A DNA stretch of 64,000 bases from an uncultured Isosphaeraceae bacterium. Lineage in GTDB: Bacteria; Planctomycetota; Phycisphaerae; Phycisphaerales; SM1A02. The notes under the pieces are model-generated. The model ran no database searches. It was not told the origin of the DNA and saw only the letters and a list, made by a program, of their open reading frames with translations. Numbering within the stretch: position 1 is the first letter of the stretch; the number at the start of each line of letters is the position of its first letter. The stretch spans positions 2,422-66,421 of the forward strand of contig CAZQGB010000001.1 in the NCBI GenBank assembly GCA_964592615.1. Reading direction: 5' to 3'. Both the position numbers and the translations under genes were made by a program. Below, one piece after another: positions 18,424 to 26,912 of the stretch.

Positions 18424-19104
18424 ATGGAAGTCACGACACTTATACTCTTAAGCGGCGCCGCGTTTGTAGGACCTAGAGGGCAAGGTTCTTGGAACTTTAT
18501 AGCATCATCAAGTGGCGAAAACTATTCTTGGACAAGCCCATCGCCAGTAGACCCTACCGCGGGTAATTATGAGATGTTGTATACCGTCACTGGTGCTGAA
18601 GTGATGGTGAGTTACATAGGCATTGGATTTGGACCATTTGATGTTATGGATATGATTCCTGAAGATGCAATAGAAACTTGGAGGGCTTCCCAGGGGCCTG
18701 CTCCGCTGGACTTTGGATGGATAACGGTAGTCACTCCAGATGATCAGGAGCCACCGTCACTGGAGTATGATTGGATGGTGGAGATTGATGCGAAAGGGTT
18801 TGTTACATACAGAATGGAGAACCTCTTTTTTGGGGAAGCCGATTACAACTTGGGTTGGCCTTGGGGATGGGTAACTGTACAAATCGAATCAGGATCAATC
18901 GAAGGTAACTTGTCTATTCAATCGGTTATTAATCCATGTTATGCAGACATTAATGGGGACAGTATGGTCGATGTTGTTGACTTACTTGAGGTCATTGGGA
19001 ACTGGGGATATTGCTTAAATTGCCCAGCAGATATAAACCGAGACGATGCAATCGATGTGACCGATTTGCTTGATCTTGTTGGTTCTTGGGGGCCTTGCCC
19101 ATAA
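18424..19104 (+). CDS. secreted protein with two C-terminal dockerin/EF-hand-like Ca-binding repeats
   Basis: DINGDSMVDVVDLLEVIGNWG and DINRDDAIDVTDLLDLVGSWG repeats; short hydrophobic N-terminus; in-frame TGA upstream of the ATG. Confidence 0.6.
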   Translation: MEVTTLILLSGAAFVGPRGQGSWNFIASSSGENYSWTSPSPVDPTAGNYEMLYTVTGAEVMVSYIGIGFGPFDVMDMIPEDAIETWRASQGPAPLDFGWITVVTPDDQEPPSLEYDWMVEIDAKGFVTYRMENLFFGEADYNLGWPWGWVTVQIESGSIEGNLSIQSVINPCYADINGDSMVDVVDLLEVIGNWGYCLNCPADINRDDAIDVTDLLDLVGSWGPCP

Positions 19105-19132
19105 TGTATAAAAATTAAGTAACTACTAATTT

Positions 19133-19172
19133 AAAAACGGCGACTACTTTTATATGTAAATAGTCACCGTTG
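19133..19172 (-). terminator. hairpin terminator downstream of tRNA-Leu (possibly bidirectional, also closing the dockerin-repeat gene)
   Basis: AACGGCGACTA / TAGTCACCGTT 11-bp stem with one mismatch (19136-19171). On the minus strand it is followed by TTTTTAAATT. Confidence 0.6.
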
Positions 19173-19177
19173 TTTAA

Positions 19178-19263
19178 TGCGCTAGAGAGGACTCGAACCT
19201 CCACGGGATGTTACTCCCACCAGCACCTCAAGCTGACGCGTCTGCCAATTCCGCCACTAGCGC
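19178..19263 (-). tRNA. tRNA-Leu (anticodon GAG), class II with long variable arm; CCA not encoded
   Basis: Manual cloverleaf: 7-bp acceptor GCGCTAG/CTAGCGC, D-stem GCG/CGC, anticodon stem TCAGC/GCTGG with loop TTGAGGT, variable stem GGGA/TCCC, T-arm GGAGG-TTCGAGT-CCTCT, discriminator A. Confidence 0.95.
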
Positions 19264-19323
19264 TTTGAAGGCAGAGGATTTTAACAGGGCATCGATTCCC
19301 TCGCTACCGTAGAATTACAGAAG

Positions 19324-20010
19324 ATGGTAGAAGACGATGTATTGATTAATGAAATATTCATGTCCATTCAAGGTGAATCGACCTGGGCTGGCTTGCCATG
19401 CGCATTTGTGCGACTTGCCGGTTGCCCACTTCGATGCCATTACTGTGATACTTCTTACGCATTTTCTGGCGGAGAGAGAAGGACTATTACTGAGGTGCTC
19501 GCTCGCCTTGCAGACATGAAAACGATGTTGGTAGAAATTACCGGTGGAGAACCTCTTATTCAGCCAAATGTACATCTGTTAACAGCAGCGTTGCTCAAAG
19601 ATGGCTATAAGGTTTTGCTTGAAACAAGCGGTGAACGAGACATCTCTGTTTGTGACTCGCGTATTCATAGAATTGTCGATATCAAAACTCCAAATAGTGG
19701 CGCAGCAGGGTCATTCATGGAATCAAACTATGGTTCTTTGGGAATGAATGACGAAGTAAAATTCGTCATTGTTAACCGAGAAGATTTTGATTGGGCGGTT
19801 AAGGTTGTGCAACAACATTCTTTACTTGGACGTGTAAAATCTGTTCACTTCTCCCCAGTAGTGGAGCAGGTTGGTAGTGAGTCAGTCGCTGGTTGTTGTG
19901 GTCTTGATCCAAAGGAACTCTCAAACTGGATCCTTGAGTCTGGAGAACAGGTTCGCTTGCATCTTCAACTACATAAACATATTTGGTCCCCAGAAACACG
20001 TGGAGTGTAA
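19324..20010 (+). CDS. queE: 7-carboxy-7-deazaguanine synthase (radical SAM)
   Basis: IQGEStwaGlpcaFVRLAGCPLRCHYCDT radical-SAM cluster motif; QueE length; adjacent to queD. Confidence 0.9.
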   Translation: MVEDDVLINEIFMSIQGESTWAGLPCAFVRLAGCPLRCHYCDTSYAFSGGERRTITEVLARLADMKTMLVEITGGEPLIQPNVHLLTAALLKDGYKVLLETSGERDISVCDSRIHRIVDIKTPNSGAAGSFMESNYGSLGMNDEVKFVIVNREDFDWAVKVVQQHSLLGRVKSVHFSPVVEQVGSESVAGCCGLDPKELSNWILESGEQVRLHLQLHKHIWSPETRGV

Positions 20011-20020
20011 AATACCATTC

Positions 20021-20377
20021 ATGCGATTAGAAAAAACATTTCGATTCGAAGCAGCGCATTGGTTGCCAAATGTGCCAGCAGGACATAAGTGTGGGCGAAT
20101 GCATGGCCATTCGTTTCGTGTTACTGTTGTTGTGCAGGGCGATGTAGACCAGCAAACTGGTTGGGTGATGGATTACGGGATTATTAAAGAAGCATTCGCT
20201 CCACTTGAAAAACAACTTGATCACTATCTCTTGAATGAAATTGATGGTCTTGAAAACCCGACAAGCGAAGTGCTTTCGCAATGGATTTGGAATCGTTTGC
20301 AACCAAAGTTACCGCAACTTTTTGAAGTGGCTGTTGAGGAGACGTGTACGTGTCGCTGTGTGTATCGTGGAAACTAG
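20021..20377 (+). CDS. queD: 6-carboxy-5,6,7,8-tetrahydropterin synthase
   Basis: MRLEKTFRFEAAHWLP...HGHSF... motifs. The true start is the ATG at 20021; the listed ORF from 19871 is an upstream extension overlapping queE. Confidence 0.9.
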   Translation: MRLEKTFRFEAAHWLPNVPAGHKCGRMHGHSFRVTVVVQGDVDQQTGWVMDYGIIKEAFAPLEKQLDHYLLNEIDGLENPTSEVLSQWIWNRLQPKLPQLFEVAVEETCTCRCVYRGN

Positions 20378-20929
20378 TTACGATTCGTCTCTATCAATCG
20401 TAAGTAAGTTCGTACGTTCGCCACGTCCCTGTAATGGATAATCTTTCCGAAGCGGATGTGCTGGGAAGTCTTTCCAAAGCAATATCCTTCGCAAATCAGG
20501 GTGTTTATCGAATCGGATGCCAAACATATCAAATATTTCACGCTCTCTCCATTCCGCTCCGGGCCAAATGTCTGTGGAGGTGTTGATATGCAATTCAGGA
20601 TCATCAGAAATTCCTGAAGTGTCCATGCTTGGGTTGAGATAGGTTTTAACTTGGATTCTTTGCGAACTTTCTGTACTTGTAAGTATCCAGATAATAGCAA
20701 AGCGGCCAACTGTTTTTGTTGGATATCCTAAATAGTCAATCGCAGTTACGTCGCACAACAAGTCGTAGTTGCAATCTGGGTCGTCTCGCAAAAATCGTAA
20801 CACGCTGTGCACATCGCTAGGGTCAGCGACGATTGTTGTGTTGCTACGAAATACTGTAAAACGCAAGTGCATGTCGCTGAGGCACTGCTTAATACGTGCC
20901 AGAGTTGGATGTTTTCGTGTTGTCGTCAT
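20378..20929 (-). CDS. nuoC: NADH-quinone oxidoreductase subunit C (30-kDa subunit)
   Basis: WPGAEWREREIFDMFGIRFDKHPDLRRILL...HPLRKDYPL is the Complex I 30-kDa signature. No other nuo gene is adjacent. Confidence 0.9.
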   Translation of the reverse strand: MTTTRKHPTLARIKQCLSDMHLRFTVFRSNTTIVADPSDVHSVLRFLRDDPDCNYDLLCDVTAIDYLGYPTKTVGRFAIIWILTSTESSQRIQVKTYLNPSMDTSGISDDPELHINTSTDIWPGAEWREREIFDMFGIRFDKHPDLRRILLWKDFPAHPLRKDYPLQGRGERTNLLTIDRDES

Positions 20930-20949
20930 AGATACAGATTGTAACTTAT

Positions 20950-23949
20950 TCAGTCATTGCTGGTGCCTTGGAGGTCTCGAATCGTAATGGAATCAATTGT
21001 TGGATCCATATTCCAAATGATGTTTGAGGCTCTTACAGGGTAAGGAGAATTTCCTGTAATAATTGCAACACTTCGATTCTCTAATGCGCTTAGTGTTGCA
21101 AAACCAGTGATAAGGTCGTAGTTGAACTTGTCGCAATCAACACGTTTAGTCTCAGTTGCAACGTAAACACTCCCATTGGCGATGAGTTTTTGTAAATCTA
21201 GCCCGCGAAGCGTAAGTTGGTTTCCGCCATTATCGTTAGTCTTCACATTGCTTGGATCAATTGCAATGGCTTCGATTTTGTCAGAAGTTAACATCCCGAT
21301 AGTGCCATCCGTTCCTTTATGAATCATCTCAACATTTCCAGTCATTTCAAGTAGATATTCATCTCCCTTGAGTTGTGTTGAGATGAGTTGGTCATCCCAA
21401 GTGAATCTGGTCGTTCCTCTTCCTGCGAGTGCAGATTGATGCAACGTGCTTTTGGCTTCTCTTGGGTCGCGTAAAACGAGTTCTCCATTACCTACTGCTA
21501 GGGTTTCTTGAGTTAAAAGATTAAATTCAAGATGGTCTCCGCCGATGTAATACACGACAGGGGGTAACGAGGGATAAAGATCATCCCAAGTACGATGTTC
21601 TATTTGTGCGCCAGTCCGAGCGATAACTTTTTCAAGATCTTTCTTTTTGCTGTCAGTATTTTTAGTAGACTTGGTAAACTCAAAACGTAAGTCGTCACCA
21701 GTCATTTGGCTTCGTTCGAACTTTGTGCGTCGTGATTGAACATCCACGTCGCCTTTTAAATCAATAGCCCCGGCGCCATCGTTAAACTTTTGGTCTAAGT
21801 TCATTTCTTTGCCCCAGTTAGCTCGCATTGAAACGGTTTTCTTGTCATTAGGTGCTGTGGGTGAATCTACTATTGGTCTTTCGATGCGATGGTCTTGGGA
21901 AACATCGATTGGCGAATCTAAGAACAAAGCTTGTCCAGGGCCAGCCCATTTACCTTTGCCGGTTGCTCTGTCAAGAATTAACGAAGCAGACTCGCCACGA
22001 TTCATGAACATCCGCTCGTATGCGATAACTACGTTTCCATTGAGCATTGCTGTGTCTTGAGCGATGTTGCCGTCAAATGTTTCGCAGAATGCTCGCCCAC
22101 CATCGCGAAGTAAAATCTGAACATTTCCGATGGCCTTCATCTTGTTTGCCTTTGAGCCGCCAAACATGGATTCGTCTTTGTGGGAATCTTCAGTTGTTTG
22201 CGGCTTTTCGCTAAAAGAAACTCGCATTTCGTTAGCCCACATTGTTTGGTCGTCGGTAATTGCTTTTACATTTTCATTTGCTATTGCAAGTGATGGTGAA
22301 GTAGTTCCATCTGGGTTTTTAGAAAATGTGACAGTGAGTGTTTCGCATTCAACAAAGTTTCCTTCGTCAGAAAGGACAACATCTCCGTGGCAAATTACTT
22401 CCTTTAGCGACCCATCCTCGGCGTCTTGTGATGAATCAAAGGTAAAATCCACATTGTCGCTCCATTGCAAGGAGGTGCCAGTTGATTGTGGAGTAGTTGA
22501 GACCATTGTGCCTTCTCCAGTTACTCCGCCAAGTCCGTCTTCTCTTGCTAGCCATAAGTGGTTTGCAGTAGTAAATTTGTCGCCAATAAGAAGTGAAGCA
22601 GGTTCTCCAAAAAGATCACTCCTATCTTGTTGGAGTTCATAGCGAAGCATTGAAGCGAATGCTTCCATGTTTTGGCTTGTGTCAATCAGTTGAGCAGGAG
22701 CATCGTCGAAAGCAAAAAGTTCTATTCGAGTGTCAGTTGGTGTAGATGGAATGAGAGATGGGTCATCAAGTGGAATCATTGTGAGCCCGCCCTCGCATGT
22801 AACGCGAGTTATCTGCTGATCAAGCGGGGCGTCAAGAGCAGCAAAAGAAGTTGCTACGAGGGTGATTGGAATTGATTGAGCAAAAAAGTGCGATGTCATT
22901 GGAGCAAACCTTTCGTTGTTATTCGAATTCTGTTTTGAATATGATTCGCTTTTATTTGAGAAGGCGATGGTTAAAGTTTTACCGCGGGCGAGTCGTCCAT
23001 TGCTTTGCTCTCCTTGGAGTATTTTGACATTTTCAGCTAAAGTGACAATGTAATATTCAAGGTCACTTCCAACAGCTGCAGCTTTAACATCACGATTTTG
23101 AGAGGTCTGCCGCGGGACGATTTGTGATGGATGCGGTTGCATTTGTGCGACAGGCGTGGGCATTGATGTGTTTGAAGGAGGTATAGGAAGAAAATCGATG
23201 TAATCTAGTTCTTCAAGATGTAGATACTCGATGCGTTCTTCCTTGTCGTTAAATCGCAAGGATAATGTACGCCCAGCAAGTGTTTGTGATGTAGACGTTA
23301 CTTTGACATCGTTTGGGCAAATAATTTCCCCAATAAAATTATCAAAGGTCGCATTGTGCGTTTTAAGGACCATGATTGGTTCTGGAAAAACCGATTTGCT
23401 TAGAGTTTCAACTTCAAACATTTTGACTTCAACATTTCCAACTATCTCGCCAGACTCTAGTACTCTGTTTGGAGCGTTTGCAATCGCGGTGTCTCCTGAG
23501 ATTCGTACAAGTTTGTCATCGCCCAAGTACATTTCTACTTCAAGATTTTTCATCTCAATCCATCCAGCACTTTTATCAACTGGATCAGGGTCAAGTGACT
23601 TACATCGGTATTGTTGTACTAGATTGCCTGCGGTGTCAGTTTGTTGAACCCAGCCTCCAAGGGGAAGCTCTAAGCCAATGTTCGAAGGGGAGGTAGAAGC
23701 TGAACCTGTTTCTTGCCGAGGTGCAGCAAGAAGATCTATGATTTCTTCATTTTGAGCAGGTGTGCTACTTGTTTTGTTGTCATCGTTTAGGGTAAATAAA
23801 ACGGTGAGAAGTAGTGCACAGCATGCTGAACTAATCCCGAATACTACCCAAGCTAAACGTTTGCCAGCATTTCTGTTTTTGTGTTTGAATTGTTTTTCGT
23901 TGGTACTCATGCAATGAATCCATTCATTGATTGGCGTGTTCCATTGCAA
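20950..23949 (-). CDS. 999-aa membrane-anchored periplasmic protein with multiple OstA/LptA/LptC-like repeats (putative giant Lpt bridge component)
   Basis: Single N-terminal TM helix (LAWVVFGISSACCALLLTVLFTL). Recurrent beta-strand motifs of the OstA type: GNVEVKMFE, GDVVLSDEGN, GNVQILLRDG, GNVVIAYE, GDVDVQS, GNGELVLRD, GNVEMIHKG, NGSVYVATE. It occupies the lptC/lptA position downstream of kdsD and kdsC. The start may be the M at 23910. Confidence 0.55.
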   Translation of the reverse strand: MQWNTPINEWIHCMSTNEKQFKHKNRNAGKRLAWVVFGISSACCALLLTVLFTLNDDNKTSSTPAQNEEIIDLLAAPRQETGSASTSPSNIGLELPLGGWVQQTDTAGNLVQQYRCKSLDPDPVDKSAGWIEMKNLEVEMYLGDDKLVRISGDTAIANAPNRVLESGEIVGNVEVKMFEVETLSKSVFPEPIMVLKTHNATFDNFIGEIICPNDVKVTSTSQTLAGRTLSLRFNDKEERIEYLHLEELDYIDFLPIPPSNTSMPTPVAQMQPHPSQIVPRQTSQNRDVKAAAVGSDLEYYIVTLAENVKILQGEQSNGRLARGKTLTIAFSNKSESYSKQNSNNNERFAPMTSHFFAQSIPITLVATSFAALDAPLDQQITRVTCEGGLTMIPLDDPSLIPSTPTDTRIELFAFDDAPAQLIDTSQNMEAFASMLRYELQQDRSDLFGEPASLLIGDKFTTANHLWLAREDGLGGVTGEGTMVSTTPQSTGTSLQWSDNVDFTFDSSQDAEDGSLKEVICHGDVVLSDEGNFVECETLTVTFSKNPDGTTSPSLAIANENVKAITDDQTMWANEMRVSFSEKPQTTEDSHKDESMFGGSKANKMKAIGNVQILLRDGGRAFCETFDGNIAQDTAMLNGNVVIAYERMFMNRGESASLILDRATGKGKWAGPGQALFLDSPIDVSQDHRIERPIVDSPTAPNDKKTVSMRANWGKEMNLDQKFNDGAGAIDLKGDVDVQSRRTKFERSQMTGDDLRFEFTKSTKNTDSKKKDLEKVIARTGAQIEHRTWDDLYPSLPPVVYYIGGDHLEFNLLTQETLAVGNGELVLRDPREAKSTLHQSALAGRGTTRFTWDDQLISTQLKGDEYLLEMTGNVEMIHKGTDGTIGMLTSDKIEAIAIDPSNVKTNDNGGNQLTLRGLDLQKLIANGSVYVATETKRVDCDKFNYDLITGFATLSALENRSVAIITGNSPYPVRASNIIWNMDPTIDSITIRDLQGTSND

Positions 23950-24454
23950 TAGTAGATGTGATTTTATCCCAAGATTTGTTTGCTTTCATGAGATGTTCAA
24001 TTGCATCGCGGACTGCTCCGCATCCACCCATTCTTTTTGTAGTCCAATTTGCTATTGCTTTAACTTCTTCGGCAGCGTCTTGAACCGCAATGGAATACCC
24101 AACATGTTGCATAACAGGAATGTCTCCTAAATCGTCGCCTACAAAACAGGCATCTTTTGGAGAGTAACCAAGTTGTTGTAAAAAAAGGTTAATGTCAGCA
24201 ACTTTATCAATGCTTCCCTGTTTGACATGCTGGATTTGCAATTCATCTGCTCGTTGATCTACGCATTGGGAGTTTCTTCCGGAAATGATGATAGTGTGAA
24301 ATCCTGCTTTTTGCCAAAGCGAAATTCCTAATCCGTCATGTACATGAAAATACTTAGTTTCACCATGTGGATGTCCTGTAAGAGCGATTTTCCCATCTGT
24401 CAAAACACCATCAACATCGAGAACTAAAACTTTGATGTGTGGGATAGCGGTCAT
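23924..24454 (-). CDS. kdsC: KDO 8-phosphate phosphatase (HAD family)
   Basis: LVLDVDGVLTDGKI HAD motif I, GDDLGDIPV motif; about 175 aa; kds gene context. Confidence 0.85.
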   Translation of the reverse strand: MTAIPHIKVLVLDVDGVLTDGKIALTGHPHGETKYFHVHDGLGISLWQKAGFHTIIISGRNSQCVDQRADELQIQHVKQGSIDKVADINLFLQQLGYSPKDACFVGDDLGDIPVMQHVGYSIAVQDAAEEVKAIANWTTKRMGGCGAVRDAIEHLMKANKSWDKITSTIAMEHANQ

Positions 24455-25020
24455 GTTGTTAGTTGAAGAACGTCAACCGTCCCGCCGCACTGGAGATTCA
24501 TAGCAATAGCAGCATTAACTGCGTCGGTTGCTATTGAAGTTATGTCGTCTGTTCGGTCATAAAGCGTATACAGCACTCCAATGGCATATTCACCGCCTGA
24601 GCCGATTGCGTAATATTTGTTTAAAGGCGTTACACCAAGGTCAGATGCAACTGTAAAAATTCCACCAGTATTTGCAATCAAAAATGTGGAGTCAAGGTCG
24701 CCAAATGGTGTATTTGTAGTTGCAGCTTGATCATTCACAAAAGTGTAGTGTTCATGGAGGGCTCTCCAAAAATCGAGGAAGAAGGTGAAGATGTTTCGTG
24801 AACTTGAAAGATCTGGTGTTGGTCGAGTAGATAAGAAATCATTCAGTATGTCGTCATACACAGCCCAGCCAGCTCCTCCAATTAGGGAATCGCCAATGCG
24901 TCCAACCTTTGCCGTTCTAGCATTTTCCTGTGGCATATGTTCTGAATCACCGAATGTTGTAAGGGTGTCTGCTGCCATGACGATGCGATTATCTTTACGA
25001 ATTGCGACAATAACAGACAT
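24451..25020 (-). CDS. proteasome/HslV-like Ntn hydrolase with Ser at the nucleophile position
   Basis: MSVIVAIRKDNRIVMAAD aligns to HslV MTTIVSVRRNGHVVIAGD. Conserved Lys (AKVGRI) and AIGSGGEYA (HslV AIGSGGPYA). ATGA overlap with kdsC. Confidence 0.65.
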   Translation of the reverse strand: MSVIVAIRKDNRIVMAADTLTTFGDSEHMPQENARTAKVGRIGDSLIGGAGWAVYDDILNDFLSTRPTPDLSSSRNIFTFFLDFWRALHEHYTFVNDQAATTNTPFGDLDSTFLIANTGGIFTVASDLGVTPLNKYYAIGSGGEYAIGVLYTLYDRTDDITSIATDAVNAAIAMNLQCGGTVDVLQLTT

Positions 25021-25026
25021 TGTGTA

Positions 25027-26064
25027 TTACTCCGATACTACTTTCATAGCGATTAAATCTTGGACATCTATAAGCCCTAATGGCATATTTTCTTCATTGA
25101 CTACTGGAATCTCGTCAACTCTATACTCAGTTACAAGTTGTTGTGCATCTCGAACAAGAGCAGTTGCCGGCAGTCGGCGAGGGTTTTTTGTTGCGACATC
25201 ACCGATGATTTGATCCATCGGATTTTCTTCATCTATCACAAGTCGACGGAGGTCTCCATCTGTAAAAATCCCTGTTAAAACTCCATCGTTATTAATCAGA
25301 AGAATTGCGCCAGCTCTACGCTGGCCCTCTTTTGGACGAGCAAGTTGCAATGCTTCTCCGACACTCGATTGTTCTTTCACTGCAGTGAGATTGTCGCCAA
25401 CTTTAAAACGAATAATTTCGGTAATTGCTCTGAGTCCTATTCCGAGCATTCCGCCCGGGTGGTGTTTATGAAAGTCATCCGCAGTAAAATTTCTTCGCCT
25501 TGATAGAGCTAGCCCTAGTGCGTCTCCGATAGCGAGTGTTGCAGTTGTCGATGCGGTGGGAGCAAGGTTCAAGGGGCATGCTTCACTGAGAGAACCAATA
25601 GCGACATGTGCATCGCATAATTTTGCAAGTGGGGTATTGTCTTCCTTTGAGATGCCTATGCAGGGGATTCCGTCGGTTCGTAAAATTGCGGCAAGGTTTA
25701 CTACTTCTTCCGTTGTGCCAGAGTAACTCATTAAAATGACAACATCATCGCGACGAATTGATCCAAGGTCACCATGAACCGCTTCAGCAGGGTGGACGAC
25801 ATGTGAGGGTTGTCCGATGCTAGAAAATGTTGCTGAAAGTTTTGCACCAATCAGTCCTGACTTTCCCATTCCGCTAAAGACAGCATGCCCTTTGCAGTTT
25901 TCAAGGATATCGATGGCATGTGACCATTGTGTTGCTTGGGATGTAGAGGACTCAATTCGCAACAAGACAGCCTCAATAGCTTTCATTTCTGCCTCAAGTG
26001 CTTGGGCGATGAAATGAAGTTCTGCTGATAATTGTGTATTTGTTTGTGATTGAGGTGTACTCAT
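25027..26064 (-). CDS. kdsD: arabinose-5-phosphate isomerase (SIS + tandem CBS)
   Basis: SIS motif VFSGMGKSG..., and two CBS-like repeats at the C-terminus (VDEIPVVNEE...). Confidence 0.9.
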   Translation of the reverse strand: MSTPQSQTNTQLSAELHFIAQALEAEMKAIEAVLLRIESSTSQATQWSHAIDILENCKGHAVFSGMGKSGLIGAKLSATFSSIGQPSHVVHPAEAVHGDLGSIRRDDVVILMSYSGTTEEVVNLAAILRTDGIPCIGISKEDNTPLAKLCDAHVAIGSLSEACPLNLAPTASTTATLAIGDALGLALSRRRNFTADDFHKHHPGGMLGIGLRAITEIIRFKVGDNLTAVKEQSSVGEALQLARPKEGQRRAGAILLINNDGVLTGIFTDGDLRRLVIDEENPMDQIIGDVATKNPRRLPATALVRDAQQLVTEYRVDEIPVVNEENMPLGLIDVQDLIAMKVVSE

Positions 26065-26108
26065 AAACTATGCTATGCATTGTACTCAAGAGGGTACAAT
26101 TTCGCCTA

Positions 26109-26912
26109 ATGAACATGCCACAGGAACAATTCAGAATCTCATTGGAGGCCTTTGATGGTCCATTAGACCTCCTTTTGTATCTCGTTCGCCGTTCTGAAGT
26201 GGATATTCACGAGATTCCAATCGCAAAAATCACGGATGAGTATCTTGAGATTTTGCGTCATTCGACCTCTGTAGATGTTGAAATGGCTGGTGAGTTTTTG
26301 GTCATGGCTGCAACCCTTATTGAAATTAAATCGAGGTCTCTGGTTCCTCAGGGGCAGATTAATGAAGATGAGGTAGCACAAGAAGAACGAGATGAATCCC
26401 ATGATCCAAGAGGGGACCTGATTCGACAATTGCTAGCATTTCAGCGTTTTAGGACAGCTTCTGAGCAACTTGATGAAAGAAGATCATCCTTTGCGTTACG
26501 GTTTGAAGCAACAGTAGGTTTTCAAAAGTCAATAGAAACAACAGAGGAACCATCGCTAGAACTCGATGATATTCATATTCTAGATCTTTCTGAAGCATAT
26601 GAACACATCGCAAGTGCGATTGACTTTACGCGACTCGGTGAGCATCACGTTGCGTTTGATGATATTCCAATTGAATTGTGCCAAGAAGATCTCGTTGATA
26701 GACTCGCCCGCAATAGTGAAAAACAATTGACATTGCAATCGACTTTTGAAGGTTTAACAATTCCTGAACGAGTGGGAATGTTTTTGGCAACACTAGAACT
26801 CGTAAGACTTCGGCGGGTCACAGTTCAACAAGATGATCAACTTGGGTCGATCACAATTTCTTTAATCGAAGAAGAAGTTACGAACGACGGATTGAATGTT
26901 GAAGAACATTAA
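26109..26912 (+). CDS. scpA: segregation and condensation protein A
   Basis: FDGPLDLLLYLVRRSEVDIHEIPIAKITDEYL is the ScpA N-terminal signature. Start chosen at ATG 26109; the ORF is open from 26070. Confidence 0.85.
   Translation: MNMPQEQFRISLEAFDGPLDLLLYLVRRSEVDIHEIPIAKITDEYLEILRHSTSVDVEMAGEFLVMAATLIEIKSRSLVPQGQINEDEVAQEERDESHDPRGDLIRQLLAFQRFRTASEQLDERRSSFALRFEATVGFQKSIETTEEPSLELDDIHILDLSEAYEHIASAIDFTRLGEHHVAFDDIPIELCQEDLVDRLARNSEKQLTLQSTFEGLTIPERVGMFLATLELVRLRRVTVQQDDQLGSITISLIEEEVTNDGLNVEEH

Noticed and set aside
19264-19323. Possible preQ1 riboswitch upstream of queE-queD
   Set aside because: Only a small hairpin is present (AGGG 19286-19289 / CCCT 19298-19301, 8-nt loop). The downstream tail is not the A-rich ACUA-type sequence of preQ1-I aptamers, and the region must also house the divergent tRNA-Leu promoter. 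Evidence is insufficient; a cmsearch would settle it.
19871-20020. N-terminal 50-codon extension of the queD ORF; also the guaA ORF extension at 53296-53424
   Set aside because: The extensions overlap neighbouring genes and precede the canonical N-termini (MRLEKTFRFEAAH for QueD; [17 protein letters not shown] for GuaA). Internal ATGs at 20021 and 53425 were chosen.
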